Of a stretch of 64,000 bases of DNA, positions 19,328 to 28,800 are shown one piece after another. Location of the stretch: assembly GCA_046300675.1 (NCBI GenBank), contig JBKCLO010000103.1, positions 1,903 to 65,902 of the forward strand, written 5' to 3'. The notes beneath the pieces are model-generated. The model was not told where the DNA came from, searched no databases, and saw nothing but the letters and a program-made list of their open reading frames with translations. How positions within the stretch are numbered: the stretch's first letter is position 1; each line of letters starts with the position of its first letter. Position numbers and translations under genes: made by a program. Origin of the DNA: Ignavibacteria bacterium. Its GTDB lineage: Bacteria; Bacteroidota; Ignavibacteria; Kapaibacteriales; Kapaibacteriaceae.

Positions 19328-20749
19328 ATGACGGTGGTCCAAGAACATGACAGATTGCAGGCGAGCGCGCTAGGTGAAGAACCGATACGCGAAGAGCTCG
19401 TTCTCGGCAATCCATCGATGCGAGATGTCACTGCACGTATCGCAAGCATCGTAGAGTCAAAGATCACGATGAAGTACCTTGCAACGCTGAGCGTCACAGG
19501 CGCTATGGCGGCATGGGGACTCTTCGCGCTCTACTACACGATCACAACCGGTATCGGTGTATGGGGCTTGAATAACCCCATCGGTTGGGGATGGGACATC
19601 ACGAACTTCGTTTTCTGGATCGGTATCGGCCATGCCGGTACACTGATCTCGGCCATCTTGTTCCTGTTCCGTCAGAAATGGCGCACAGCGATCAACCGTT
19701 CGGCAGAGGCCATGACGATTTTCGCTGTTGTTTGCGCTCTGACCATGGTGCTCAGTCACACGGGACGTCCGTGGCTGTTCTACTGGCTGCTGCCGTACCC
19801 AAATCAGATGAACATGTGGGTAAACTTCCGCTCGCCACTGATGTGGGACGTGTTTGCCGTTAATACATACTTCACGGTTTCGGCGCTGTTTTGGTTTGTT
19901 GGATTGATTCCAGACTTGGCCACGCTGCGTAACTACGTCAAGAGCGACATTGCAAAGAAGGTCTACGGGGCCCTCTCACTTGGGTGGACAGGCTCGACTC
20001 GTTCATGGCATCATTACGAGATCGCCTACATGATCCTTGCTGGTATCTCAACACCTCTTGTGTTGTCGGTACACTCAGTGGTTTCGTTTGACTTTACCGT
20101 TGGCATTCTGCCAGGATGGCACACAACGATCTTCCCGCCATACTTCGTTGCCGGTGCTATCGTCTCTGGTTTTGCGATGGTTCTTACGCTTCTTGTGATC
20201 ACACGTGAAGTGCTCGACCTGAAGCAGTTCATTACGCTGAAGCATTTTGAGAACATGAATAAGATCATGCTCGCTACGGGTATGATGGTTGGTTATGCCT
20301 ATATCCTCGAGTTCTTCATTGCTTGGTATTCGGGCAGTGATTGGGAACGCTGGATCTTTGTGAACCGTGCATTCGGTGACTATGCATGGGCCTACTGGAC
20401 GATGTTCACGTGTAACGTGGTCTCTCCTCAGGTGTTCTGGTTTAAGAAGGCTCGCCGCAACATTCCACTGATGTTCGTGATCTCGATCTTCGTCAACATT
20501 GGTATGTGGTTTGAGCGCTTCACGATCATTGCAACAACACTTCACCACGACTTCCTTCCTGCGTCATGGGGCTACTATTCTCCAACATGGGTTGAGATCT
20601 CGATCTTCATCGGAACGTTTGGAATCTTCCTAACGCTGTTCCTTCTCTTCGCAAAGTTTGTCCCTGTTATCGCTATCGCCGAGATCAAGAGTATCATGCC
20701 GGGTGCGCAACCATCGCACCACCACCATGATGCACACGAATCGCATTGA
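19328..20749 (+). CDS. actC: Alternative complex III quinol-oxidising subunit ActC (NrfD family)
   Basis: FVFWIGIGHAGTLISAIL, RSAEAMT, HTGRPW, SPLMWDV, PLVLSVHS. Confidence 0.95.
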   Translation: MTVVQEHDRLQASALGEEPIREELVLGNPSMRDVTARIASIVESKITMKYLATLSVTGAMAAWGLFALYYTITTGIGVWGLNNPIGWGWDITNFVFWIGIGHAGTLISAILFLFRQKWRTAINRSAEAMTIFAVVCALTMVLSHTGRPWLFYWLLPYPNQMNMWVNFRSPLMWDVFAVNTYFTVSALFWFVGLIPDLATLRNYVKSDIAKKVYGALSLGWTGSTRSWHHYEIAYMILAGISTPLVLSVHSVVSFDFTVGILPGWHTTIFPPYFVAGAIVSGFAMVLTLLVITREVLDLKQFITLKHFENMNKIMLATGMMVGYAYILEFFIAWYSGSDWERWIFVNRAFGDYAWAYWTMFTCNVVSPQVFWFKKARRNIPLMFVISIFVNIGMWFERFTIIATTLHHDFLPASWGYYSPTWVEISIFIGTFGIFLTLFLLFAKFVPVIAIAEIKSIMPGAQPSHHHHDAHESH

Positions 20750-20791
20750 TAGAAGCAAACAGTTAGAACCGACATCAAGGACTACGATATT

Positions 20792-21334
20792 ATGAGCACA
20801 ACACCAACAGGCGTAATCGGCGAATTCACCGATGTAAACGTCGTCGTAACGGTTGCTGAAAAGCTGCGTGACGCAGGCTTCCGTAATTGGGACATCTACA
20901 CTCCGTATCCCGTGCACGGATTGGACAAGGCCATGGGCATCAAGAGGTCGATCTTGACCTACATCTCGTTCGTTGGCCTGTGCGGTGGACTTTCCACTGC
21001 GCTTGGGCTTCAGTTCTGGACAGGTGCCGTGGACTATAAGCTCAATATCGGCGGTAAGGGATTCTTTGATTGGCAGTTCTCTATGCCGATTGATTTTGAG
21101 TTGTCTATCCTTGGAACAGCACTGTTTACAGTATTCGGTTTGTTCCATTTGTGCCGCATCCCAACGTGGTATAATCGCTATCAAGACGATGCATCGTTCC
21201 AGAAGGCAACAGACGACACATTTGTTGTTACGATCGATGCCGATGATGACAGATTCTCTGCAACTGAAACACCTGCACTGCTGACCGGACTTGGCGCACA
21301 AAACGTGCACCTCGTGCATTCGACGGTCGAATAA
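20792..21334 (+). CDS. actD: Alternative complex III subunit ActD (DUF3341)
   Basis: YTPYPVHGLDKAMG, NIGGK, FELSIL; position after actC. Confidence 0.9.
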   Translation: MSTTPTGVIGEFTDVNVVVTVAEKLRDAGFRNWDIYTPYPVHGLDKAMGIKRSILTYISFVGLCGGLSTALGLQFWTGAVDYKLNIGGKGFFDWQFSMPIDFELSILGTALFTVFGLFHLCRIPTWYNRYQDDASFQKATDDTFVVTIDADDDRFSATETPALLTGLGAQNVHLVHSTVE

Positions 21335-21359
21335 TGTTGAACATCACTAGCGTACTTGC

Positions 21360-21989
21360 ATGAAACTTCGAACATCTCAGATCATCCTGGTAGCAGCGGG
21401 CTTAGGCCTGGCCGTTCTTCTTGTCATGGTGTTCACTGGACAAAAGACGTGGTTCTCAACGAACCCGCCAATTGAGATCCAGCCGAACCTAGACCACCAA
21501 TTCAAGGCCATTCCGCAGTCGCCGAACTCGTTCTTCGCCGATGGTAAGAGCCTGCGGGAACCAGTCGAGGGCGCTGTTCCTCGTAATACGCAGTATTACA
21601 CACTGGGTCCCGGAGATATTGATGCAGCAGAAACTGCCAATGTAGAACCAGCAGACCTGCCGAAGAACTCAGAGTTCGTCTTGGCAAGAGGTCAGAACCG
21701 TTTTAACACGTTCTGCTCGCCATGTCACTACTTCAACGGCGAAAGCGAAAAGTCTGCTGTATCACAAAAGGGTTGGGCTGGGATACCGAATCTTACGAGA
21801 CCAGAGACCGCGGCACTTTCGAACGCACGCATCTTTCATATCATCAGTGCTGGCCAGAACCTTATGCCAAGCTACGCTGACAAGATTGATGCGATCGATC
21901 GTTGGGCCATCATCCGCTATCTGCGCACTCTGCAAGGGGTAGAGGGAATTGCGAGCAATCCTACGGCAGCACCAGCTGCTCAGAACTAA
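21360..21989 (+). CDS. actE: Alternative complex III monoheme cytochrome ActE
   Basis: FFADG..R.PVEG.VPR, CSPCH, MPSYA, RWAII.Y.R.LQ. Confidence 0.88.
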   Translation: MKLRTSQIILVAAGLGLAVLLVMVFTGQKTWFSTNPPIEIQPNLDHQFKAIPQSPNSFFADGKSLREPVEGAVPRNTQYYTLGPGDIDAAETANVEPADLPKNSEFVLARGQNRFNTFCSPCHYFNGESEKSAVSQKGWAGIPNLTRPETAALSNARIFHIISAGQNLMPSYADKIDAIDRWAIIRYLRTLQGVEGIASNPTAAPAAQN

Positions 21990-22010
21990 GAACGAGGGGA
22001 GTCTACTGAA

Positions 22011-23219
22011 ATGTCACATGTGAATCTTGGTTCAAGTCCAGTTGTAGCAAAGATCAACAAGCTTGGTCTTGGGCTGGCGGCGGTTGGCGCACTTGGTCTG
22101 GCTGCCACGTATCTAACGGCAGGCGCTGAGCGCTTCTTTGCAGACTACTTGATCGGCTTTTGGTACTTCGCAGGTATCAGTGTTACGATGATGTTCTTCT
22201 CCGCTTTGCAATACCTTGCACGTGCAGGATGGAGCGCATCAGTGCGTCGTATCGCAGAACTCTATGCCGGTATGGTGCCGATGCTTGGGATCTTGGTCCT
22301 TCCGATCCTGGCAAACGTATTCATGCACCATGGCTCAATCTATGAGTGGACGCATGAGTCTGCTGCAACGGATCCGATTCTGATAAAGAAAGCCCCTTAC
22401 CTCAACACGACATTCTTTGCGATTCGCATCGGCTTTTACGTGCTTGCCTGGTTCATGATGCACCGATTTATCATTGGTAACTCAATCAAGCAAGATTCTT
22501 CCGGCAGCGATATCACGCCAACGCGTAAGAACTGGAAGCGTGCCGCACCATTCGTGTTGCTCTATGCCATCACGATCACATTTGCAGCGTTTGACTTACT
22601 CATGTCACTCGAACCACACTGGTTCTCGACGATTTGGGGTGTATACAGCTTCGCGGGGCATTTTGTTTCGGCATTGTCGATCGTAGCGATCACTGTTGTT
22701 GTGCTCTACAACAACGGTCACCTGCGCGAGTACATCACAGCAGAACATTTTCATGACCTCGGTAAGTTGATGTTTGCGTTTTCGGTGTTCTGGGCATACA
22801 TCGCATTCTCGCAATACTTCATTATCTGGTATGCAAACCTTCCTGAAGAAACCATCTACTTTACACATCGCATGGCTCATGGATGGGAGTATTTTGGTTA
22901 TGCTTTGATTGCCACGCACTTCCTTCTGCCATTCATGGTGCTGTTGCGTCAGGATGTTAAGCGTAAGACGCGAATTCTTGTTGTTGCCGGCATCATCATT
23001 CTTGTGTCGCACTTCATTGATATCGTTTGGATCATCATGCCGGCGGTTGGACACCACATCCTGAAGATCGAAGGCGTGGTCTTTGGCTGGCAGGAGCTTA
23101 CAGGCTGGCTGTTCTTTGCCGGTATCTTCTTGGTGCTCGCTATGAAGAATTACCAAAAGCATAGTGCCGTTGCCGTGAACGATCCGCTTCTGAAGGAGTC
23201 GACCTCGTATCATAGCTAG
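22011..23219 (+). CDS. actF: Alternative complex III membrane subunit ActF
   Basis: AGWS..VRR, YLN..FF.IR, MSLEPHWFST, HDLGKLMF, QYFIIWYANLPEE. Confidence 0.92.
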   Translation: MSHVNLGSSPVVAKINKLGLGLAAVGALGLAATYLTAGAERFFADYLIGFWYFAGISVTMMFFSALQYLARAGWSASVRRIAELYAGMVPMLGILVLPILANVFMHHGSIYEWTHESAATDPILIKKAPYLNTTFFAIRIGFYVLAWFMMHRFIIGNSIKQDSSGSDITPTRKNWKRAAPFVLLYAITITFAAFDLLMSLEPHWFSTIWGVYSFAGHFVSALSIVAITVVVLYNNGHLREYITAEHFHDLGKLMFAFSVFWAYIAFSQYFIIWYANLPEETIYFTHRMAHGWEYFGYALIATHFLLPFMVLLRQDVKRKTRILVVAGIIILVSHFIDIVWIIMPAVGHHILKIEGVVFGWQELTGWLFFAGIFLVLAMKNYQKHSAVAVNDPLLKESTSYHS

Positions 23220-23238
23220 GTCGTACGAACGAGTTTTC

Positions 23239-23274
23239 AACGGCCCTCTGCGTACACGCATGAGGGCCGTTTTT
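23239..23274 (+). terminator. Intrinsic terminator after actF
   Basis: aacggccctc-tgcgtacacgcat-gagggccgtt followed by a T run. Confidence 0.8.
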
Positions 23275-23358
23275 CGTTATAGTCAACGTTGCGAAACTCC
23301 GTAACTTTGCACCGCATTGAGCACATGTTTTTGATTATCCACCTCACATTTGACCTCC

Positions 23359-24762
23359 ATGAATCAGCACACATTTGACCTCGTAGTTATTGGCTCCGGC
23401 CCTGGCGGGTATGTAGCCGCAATTCGCGCCTCGCAACTCGGACTCAAAGTTGCCTGCGTTGAACGAGACAGGGTAGGGGGCGTCTGCCTTAACTGGGGAT
23501 GTATCCCTTCGAAGTCGCTTCTGAAGAACGCCGAATACATGAACTTCCTCAAGCATGCCGATGACTATGGGTTTGGCATCAAGAACATCGATGTCGATTT
23601 CCCAAAGGTTATCGCTCGTTCACGCGGCGTTGCTGATAAGATGAGTGGTGGTGTGACGTTCTTGTTCAAGAAGTACAAGGTCACACAAGTCAAGGGATGG
23701 GGCTCGATAAAGAACGCAACAACTGTAGAAGTAAAGGATGAAAACGGTGCTGTAACCGATTCGATCACGTGCAAGACAATCATGATCGCAACGGGTGCGC
23801 GTCCTCGTATGATCCCAGGTATCGAAGTTGATCGTGAGTATATCTTGACGTCAACAGAAGCCATGCTTCAGCAAAAGACGCCGAAGTCAATGATCATCAT
23901 GGGCGCCGGAGCAATTGGTATCGAATTCGCCTACTTCTATCAGTCATTCGGTACGGCTGTTACGGTGATTGAGATGCAGGACCGCATTCTTCCTGTGGAG
24001 GATGATGACGTCTGCAAGGAACTGCGCAAGTCACTCGAGCGCGATGGAATGAAGATCCTGACAGAGACGAAGGTGCAGTCGGCAAAGAAGAAGGGCAAGG
24101 GCGTCGAGATCATCGTCGAAAAGAAGGACGGAACTGTCGAGACACTTACGGCAGATCTTGCGCTGAACGCTATTGGCGTGCAGGGCAATATTGAGAATAT
24201 CGGACTCGAGAATGTCGGCATCGTGCCTGAGCGCGGATGGCTGAAGGTTGACAAGTATATGCGCACAAACGTGCCGAACATCTATGCTATTGGTGACGTA
24301 GCGGGAGCCCCTTGGCTTGCTCACAAGGCCTCCTCAGAGGGTATTGTAGCTGCTGAGCACATTGCTGGACATCACACAGATGGGGTTGACTACAACAACA
24401 TCCCTGGTTGCACATACTGTCAGCCGCAGGTAGCCAGCATCGGACTTACTGAGAAGAAGGCCAAGGAAGCTGGTTATGAAGTCAAGGTTGGCAAATTCCC
24501 GTTTACAGCCAACGGTAAAGCACACGGTATTGGCAAGACACAAGGCTTTGTGAAGTTGGTCTTTGATGCCAAGTACGGCGAGATACTCGGCGCGCACATG
24601 ATCGGTCCAGACGTAACAGAGATGATCGGAGAGATGGGCGTTGCCCGCACTCACGGTGCAACAGGGCACTCACTGCTCAAGACCATGCACGCCCACCCTA
24701 CACTTAGCGAAGCGATCATGGAATCTGCAGCACTTGCCTACGATGAGTGTGTGAACTTCTAA
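23359..24762 (+). CDS. lpdA: Dihydrolipoyl dehydrogenase (E3)
   Basis: GSGPGGYVAAIRA, GGVCLNWGCIPSK, HAHPTLSE; TAACTTTG motif at 23302-23309. Confidence 0.97.
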   Translation: MNQHTFDLVVIGSGPGGYVAAIRASQLGLKVACVERDRVGGVCLNWGCIPSKSLLKNAEYMNFLKHADDYGFGIKNIDVDFPKVIARSRGVADKMSGGVTFLFKKYKVTQVKGWGSIKNATTVEVKDENGAVTDSITCKTIMIATGARPRMIPGIEVDREYILTSTEAMLQQKTPKSMIIMGAGAIGIEFAYFYQSFGTAVTVIEMQDRILPVEDDDVCKELRKSLERDGMKILTETKVQSAKKKGKGVEIIVEKKDGTVETLTADLALNAIGVQGNIENIGLENVGIVPERGWLKVDKYMRTNVPNIYAIGDVAGAPWLAHKASSEGIVAAEHIAGHHTDGVDYNNIPGCTYCQPQVASIGLTEKKAKEAGYEVKVGKFPFTANGKAHGIGKTQGFVKLVFDAKYGEILGAHMIGPDVTEMIGEMGVARTHGATGHSLLKTMHAHPTLSEAIMESAALAYDECVNF

Positions 24763-24767
24763 GTCCC

Positions 24768-25412
24768 ATGAACGTTGAAGATTGGGGATTGATAGACTTT
24801 AACGATGCGTGGCGTCGGCAACGTGAGTTGTCCGACGCCATTTTGCATCAGGACCATCCAGATACGTTGGTTTTTTGTCAGCACCCGCCTGTGATTACTC
24901 TTGGCCGCAACACACAGCAGGGCAGCGTGTTGGCAAGCACAGAGTTCCTCGGTTCGATGGGAGTGGATGTTATTGAGATCAATCGAGGCGGCGAAGCAAC
25001 CATCCACAATCCAGGACAACTTGTCGGGTATCCGATCTTTAATCTTCAACGTACGAAACCTGATCTTCACTGGTTTTTGCGCACCATTGAGCAGTGTATC
25101 ATCGATGCACTGGCGGAGCTTGATCTTGCCTCTGGGCGCGTTGAAACACTAACGGGAGTGTGGGTTGAAGAGCAGCGTAAGATCTGCGCAATTGGCATAC
25201 ACTGTAGTCGCTGGATTACTTCACATGGTTTTGCATTGAACGTTAATAACGACCTCGGACTGTTCTCTGCTATCGTGCCGTGCGGTATTACAGAGCGGGG
25301 AGTTACCTCTATTGCCGCCGAGAAGAATCAACCGACATCGCTCGAAACGGTTCAAGACGTTGTTTTACGCCAGTTTTTGGCCAAGTTTAGCAAAAACGCC
25401 TCAAGTGGTTGA
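24768..25412 (+). CDS. lipB: Lipoyl(octanoyl) transferase
   Basis: HPPVITLGR, RGGEATIHNPGQLVGYP, KICAIG, HGFALN, PCG. Confidence 0.95.
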   Translation: MNVEDWGLIDFNDAWRRQRELSDAILHQDHPDTLVFCQHPPVITLGRNTQQGSVLASTEFLGSMGVDVIEINRGGEATIHNPGQLVGYPIFNLQRTKPDLHWFLRTIEQCIIDALAELDLASGRVETLTGVWVEEQRKICAIGIHCSRWITSHGFALNVNNDLGLFSAIVPCGITERGVTSIAAEKNQPTSLETVQDVVLRQFLAKFSKNASSG

Positions 25413-25546
25413 AATACATAGGGTTGCGCCTTCAGCGGCAACTTCGTGTTGTCACTTCGGGGGACCTCTAAGCCTGTGGATAACTATTTTTCGTCTGCTA
25501 ACTCGTCGTCAAGTCAAGGGTTTAGGATTGGAGGGAAAAAATGGGT

Positions 25547-25577
25547 TTGACATGTATACCTCCTTCGTGTAGTTTTG
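25547..25577 (+). promoter_or_regulatory. tRNA promoter
   Basis: TTGACA (25547-25552), 17-bp spacer, TAGTTTTG (25570-25577), 13 nt before the tRNA. Confidence 0.75.
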
Positions 25578-25590
25578 CAGTGTTCTAGTT

Positions 25591-25664
<74 letters not shown>

Positions 25665-25698
25665 GACGACGCAAGTCGTCACTTCCTCTTTATGCTGC

Positions 25699-25743
25699 AT
25701 GCCTTGCCATCTCATTCCCCCCTGATGGCGAGGCATTTTTTTT
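25699..25743 (+). terminator. Intrinsic terminator after tRNA-Gly
   Basis: atgccttgccatc ... gatggcgaggcat followed by a T run. Confidence 0.8.
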
Positions 25744-25851
25744 GCAGTAAATTCCTTGCAGTACTGCACACTACATCGGCAACGTCATGCGTCAATCACA
25801 ATGGCGCGTTGATTCCTACAACCAATCCGAAACACACGAAGTACTTCGTTC

Positions 25852-28800
25852 ATGACAACACTCTTCGTCTTTTGTTGTGCATTGATTGCTACAACCTCAT
25901 TTGCCGGAGTGCATCAGGGTTTTCATCTGCGCGCAAGCTCGGCGCAGCGCATCAACGTAAGGTACGTGAGTGATACAACGATGTTGGTTGGTCCGGCGAT
26001 GCGGGAGCATCAGTCGGCTGATGGTCTGCATCGGCAGATCATAGCCAGCGCAGATATCATCGTTCCGAGTGAAAGCGGATTTGTCGTTGAATCGCAAGCA
26101 TCTACAGTTTGGCAGGGGGCACTTCAGATGCCGCCTCTGGTGCACCAGCAGCTGCGTGAGCAGCGTTTCCCAGCAATTCAGAACAGTGCGATAGAAGTCA
26201 AGTATCTCGGCGTCAGCGCAGATCGTCACATTGCCCGCTTGTCCGTGGTGGTCGCTGAACAGCGTGGTGCAAGCCCCATGATCATGTATAAGCAGCATGA
26301 GGTTTCTATCGGACTCAAGGGGCAGGCAGTTGGTGGACGTCCAACACCAATGATGTTATCGGTACTCAATCCGGGTGCACCATATTGGATACCGCGCTCT
26401 GAGCAGAGAGCTGCCAAGGTCTCAGAAGATGCGCAGGCCGACGAACAACTCACAAATGTCTTTGCCATGCGCATTGTTGAGGAAGGCATCTACCGCCTTA
26501 CGCGCGAGCAACTGCGCGCGGCAGGTATCCCGACTGACGCAGATGCAGCACGAACGATTAAGGTCTTTGGTCGTGGTGGGATGGAGCTGCCGGAAGCTGT
26601 CGATTCAGCAAAGGCAAACACACTTCGCCAGCAGCCCGTAATCATGCGCACAGAGGCCGACGGCAGTGTGCGCGAAATCCTGTTTTACGCTTGTGGTCTT
26701 GCCGGGTGGGTACAAACACCAAAGGGGATCGCACACACGATCCATCACTTTTCGACCAAGGCCAACTACTATCTGTCGTATGGTGGTGCTGACGGAATGC
26801 GGACATCACTGCGAAAGGCCGCTGCGGCTGAACCAACGGTGAGGCCGACAACCACAACAGGCCGGGTGTTTCAGGAAGAGGAACTTGTTCATCCCTACAA
26901 CAGTGGTTCTGGCAGACGCTGGTATGGCAGGTCGGTCGAAAACAAGGGGTCGTTGACGCTTACAACGATGCTGCCGGGTTTTGTGCCAAGTGGTGATGTG
27001 CTCTACAAGTATGTTGTTGGTCATCGCGGCAACGTGCAGGGCTATTTCACGATCTCGGAGAACAACACACTCGTTGCGCAAAAGTCGATCGATGCAGTTC
27101 CCGATTACATGGATGCATTTACGGTCTCCGGTAGTGGTACCATACCATCATCGAGGATCGCATCTGATGGACGCAGTGTCTTAAAGTTCAGCTACAACAG
27201 TTCTGACAACAGCTCAACCGGTATCATCGACTGGTACGAGATTCACTATCCTCGAAATCTTAACGCTATCGAGAACACCTTTGAGTTTTGGTCTGCCTCC
27301 AGCGATGGTGTGCATGAATACTCGATCAACGGATTCAGTGGAGAGCTCTTCGGATTTGATGTTACAGATCGCTCACGTCCGGTAGAGATAGAGAATACGT
27401 CAGTAACGGGCGGACTCTTTGTTGTAAAGGAAGAACAAAGAGCAGGTGCTCCGCGCAGGTATTTCCTTTCGTCTACTGTGCGCAGCACGGAGCTGTCACG
27501 GATCTCATTTCCAAACTTGCGCTCCAAACCCCGTGCAGCCGATGTTATCGTTATCACACACCCCGCGCTGATGGAGTCTGCAGAGGCCTTTGCCGCCTAC
27601 AGGTCTGGTAAGGGGCAACTCTCGACCAGTATCGTGACCACCGATGAGATCTTCGCCGAGTTCTCATATGGCATGCTTGATCCTACAGCCATTCGTGATT
27701 TTCTGGCTATGGCCTTCCTCACATGGACACCGCGTCCGCAGTTTGCGGTACTCTGGGGCGACGGCCACTTTGACTACAAGAACATTTCAAGTTCTGCGCC
27801 CAATTACGTGATCCCATACGAGAGTTTCGATCCCGATAACGAGGCCTACGGACTTACAACCTATACAACAGACGACTACTACGCCCGTATCATCAGAAAC
27901 GATACACAGGTTGATCTTGCAATCGGCCGTGTACCAGTCTCGACAAACGCTCAGGGCAAGGCCTACGTATCCAAGGTGCGTGCGTACGAAGAAAGCTCTT
28001 CGACCGACGACTGGCGCACGCGCATAACCTTGATCGCAGATGACAGCCAAGCAGCGGAAAAGAACGATGGAGCGCTGCACCTTAACCAAAGCGAAGACCT
28101 AGCCAACAAGTTCGTGCCGCGCGAGTTTCAGGCAAAGAAGATCTACCTAATCGAGTATCCGACAGAGAGTGTCTCTCGTGGACGTCGCAAGCCAGCAGTA
28201 ACGCAGGAGCTGCTTTCAACGGTAAACACCACCGGGTCGGTCCTGCTCAACTGGATCGGACATGGCAACCCGCGCGTATGGGCGCACGAAGAGATCTTCA
28301 GACGTGAGACCACTCCGAGCGACATGCAGAATGCACAAAAAGCATTTTTCCTTACTGCTGCAACATGTGACTTTGCCCGATATGATATGACGGAGACGCA
28401 GTCCGGTGCCGAGGAGCTTCTTCTGAAGCCCGAAGGTGGGGCCATTGGGATTTTTTCTGCAGCCCGCGTTGTGTATTCTACCGCGAATGCGGCACTGAAC
28501 GAAGAGTTCTATACACACCTCTTTGAGCGCGAACCAAATGGTCAGTTCCCATCAGTTGGTGTAGCAATGTACCGCGTTAAGCAGCGATTTAATGGCAACA
28601 ACGACGAGAAGTTCCATCTCCTGGGCGATCCGACGCTGCAGATTCTTGTGCCGGATAACCGTGTTCGGTTTTCATCGATCAACGGCAGAGACATCGCAAG
28701 CGACACATCACGGGTTACCGTTCCGGCCTTGGGAACTGTAGTTGTAGAGGGCCAGATCATTGGATCGCGTGATTCGAGCATTCTTGATGCATTTAATGGC

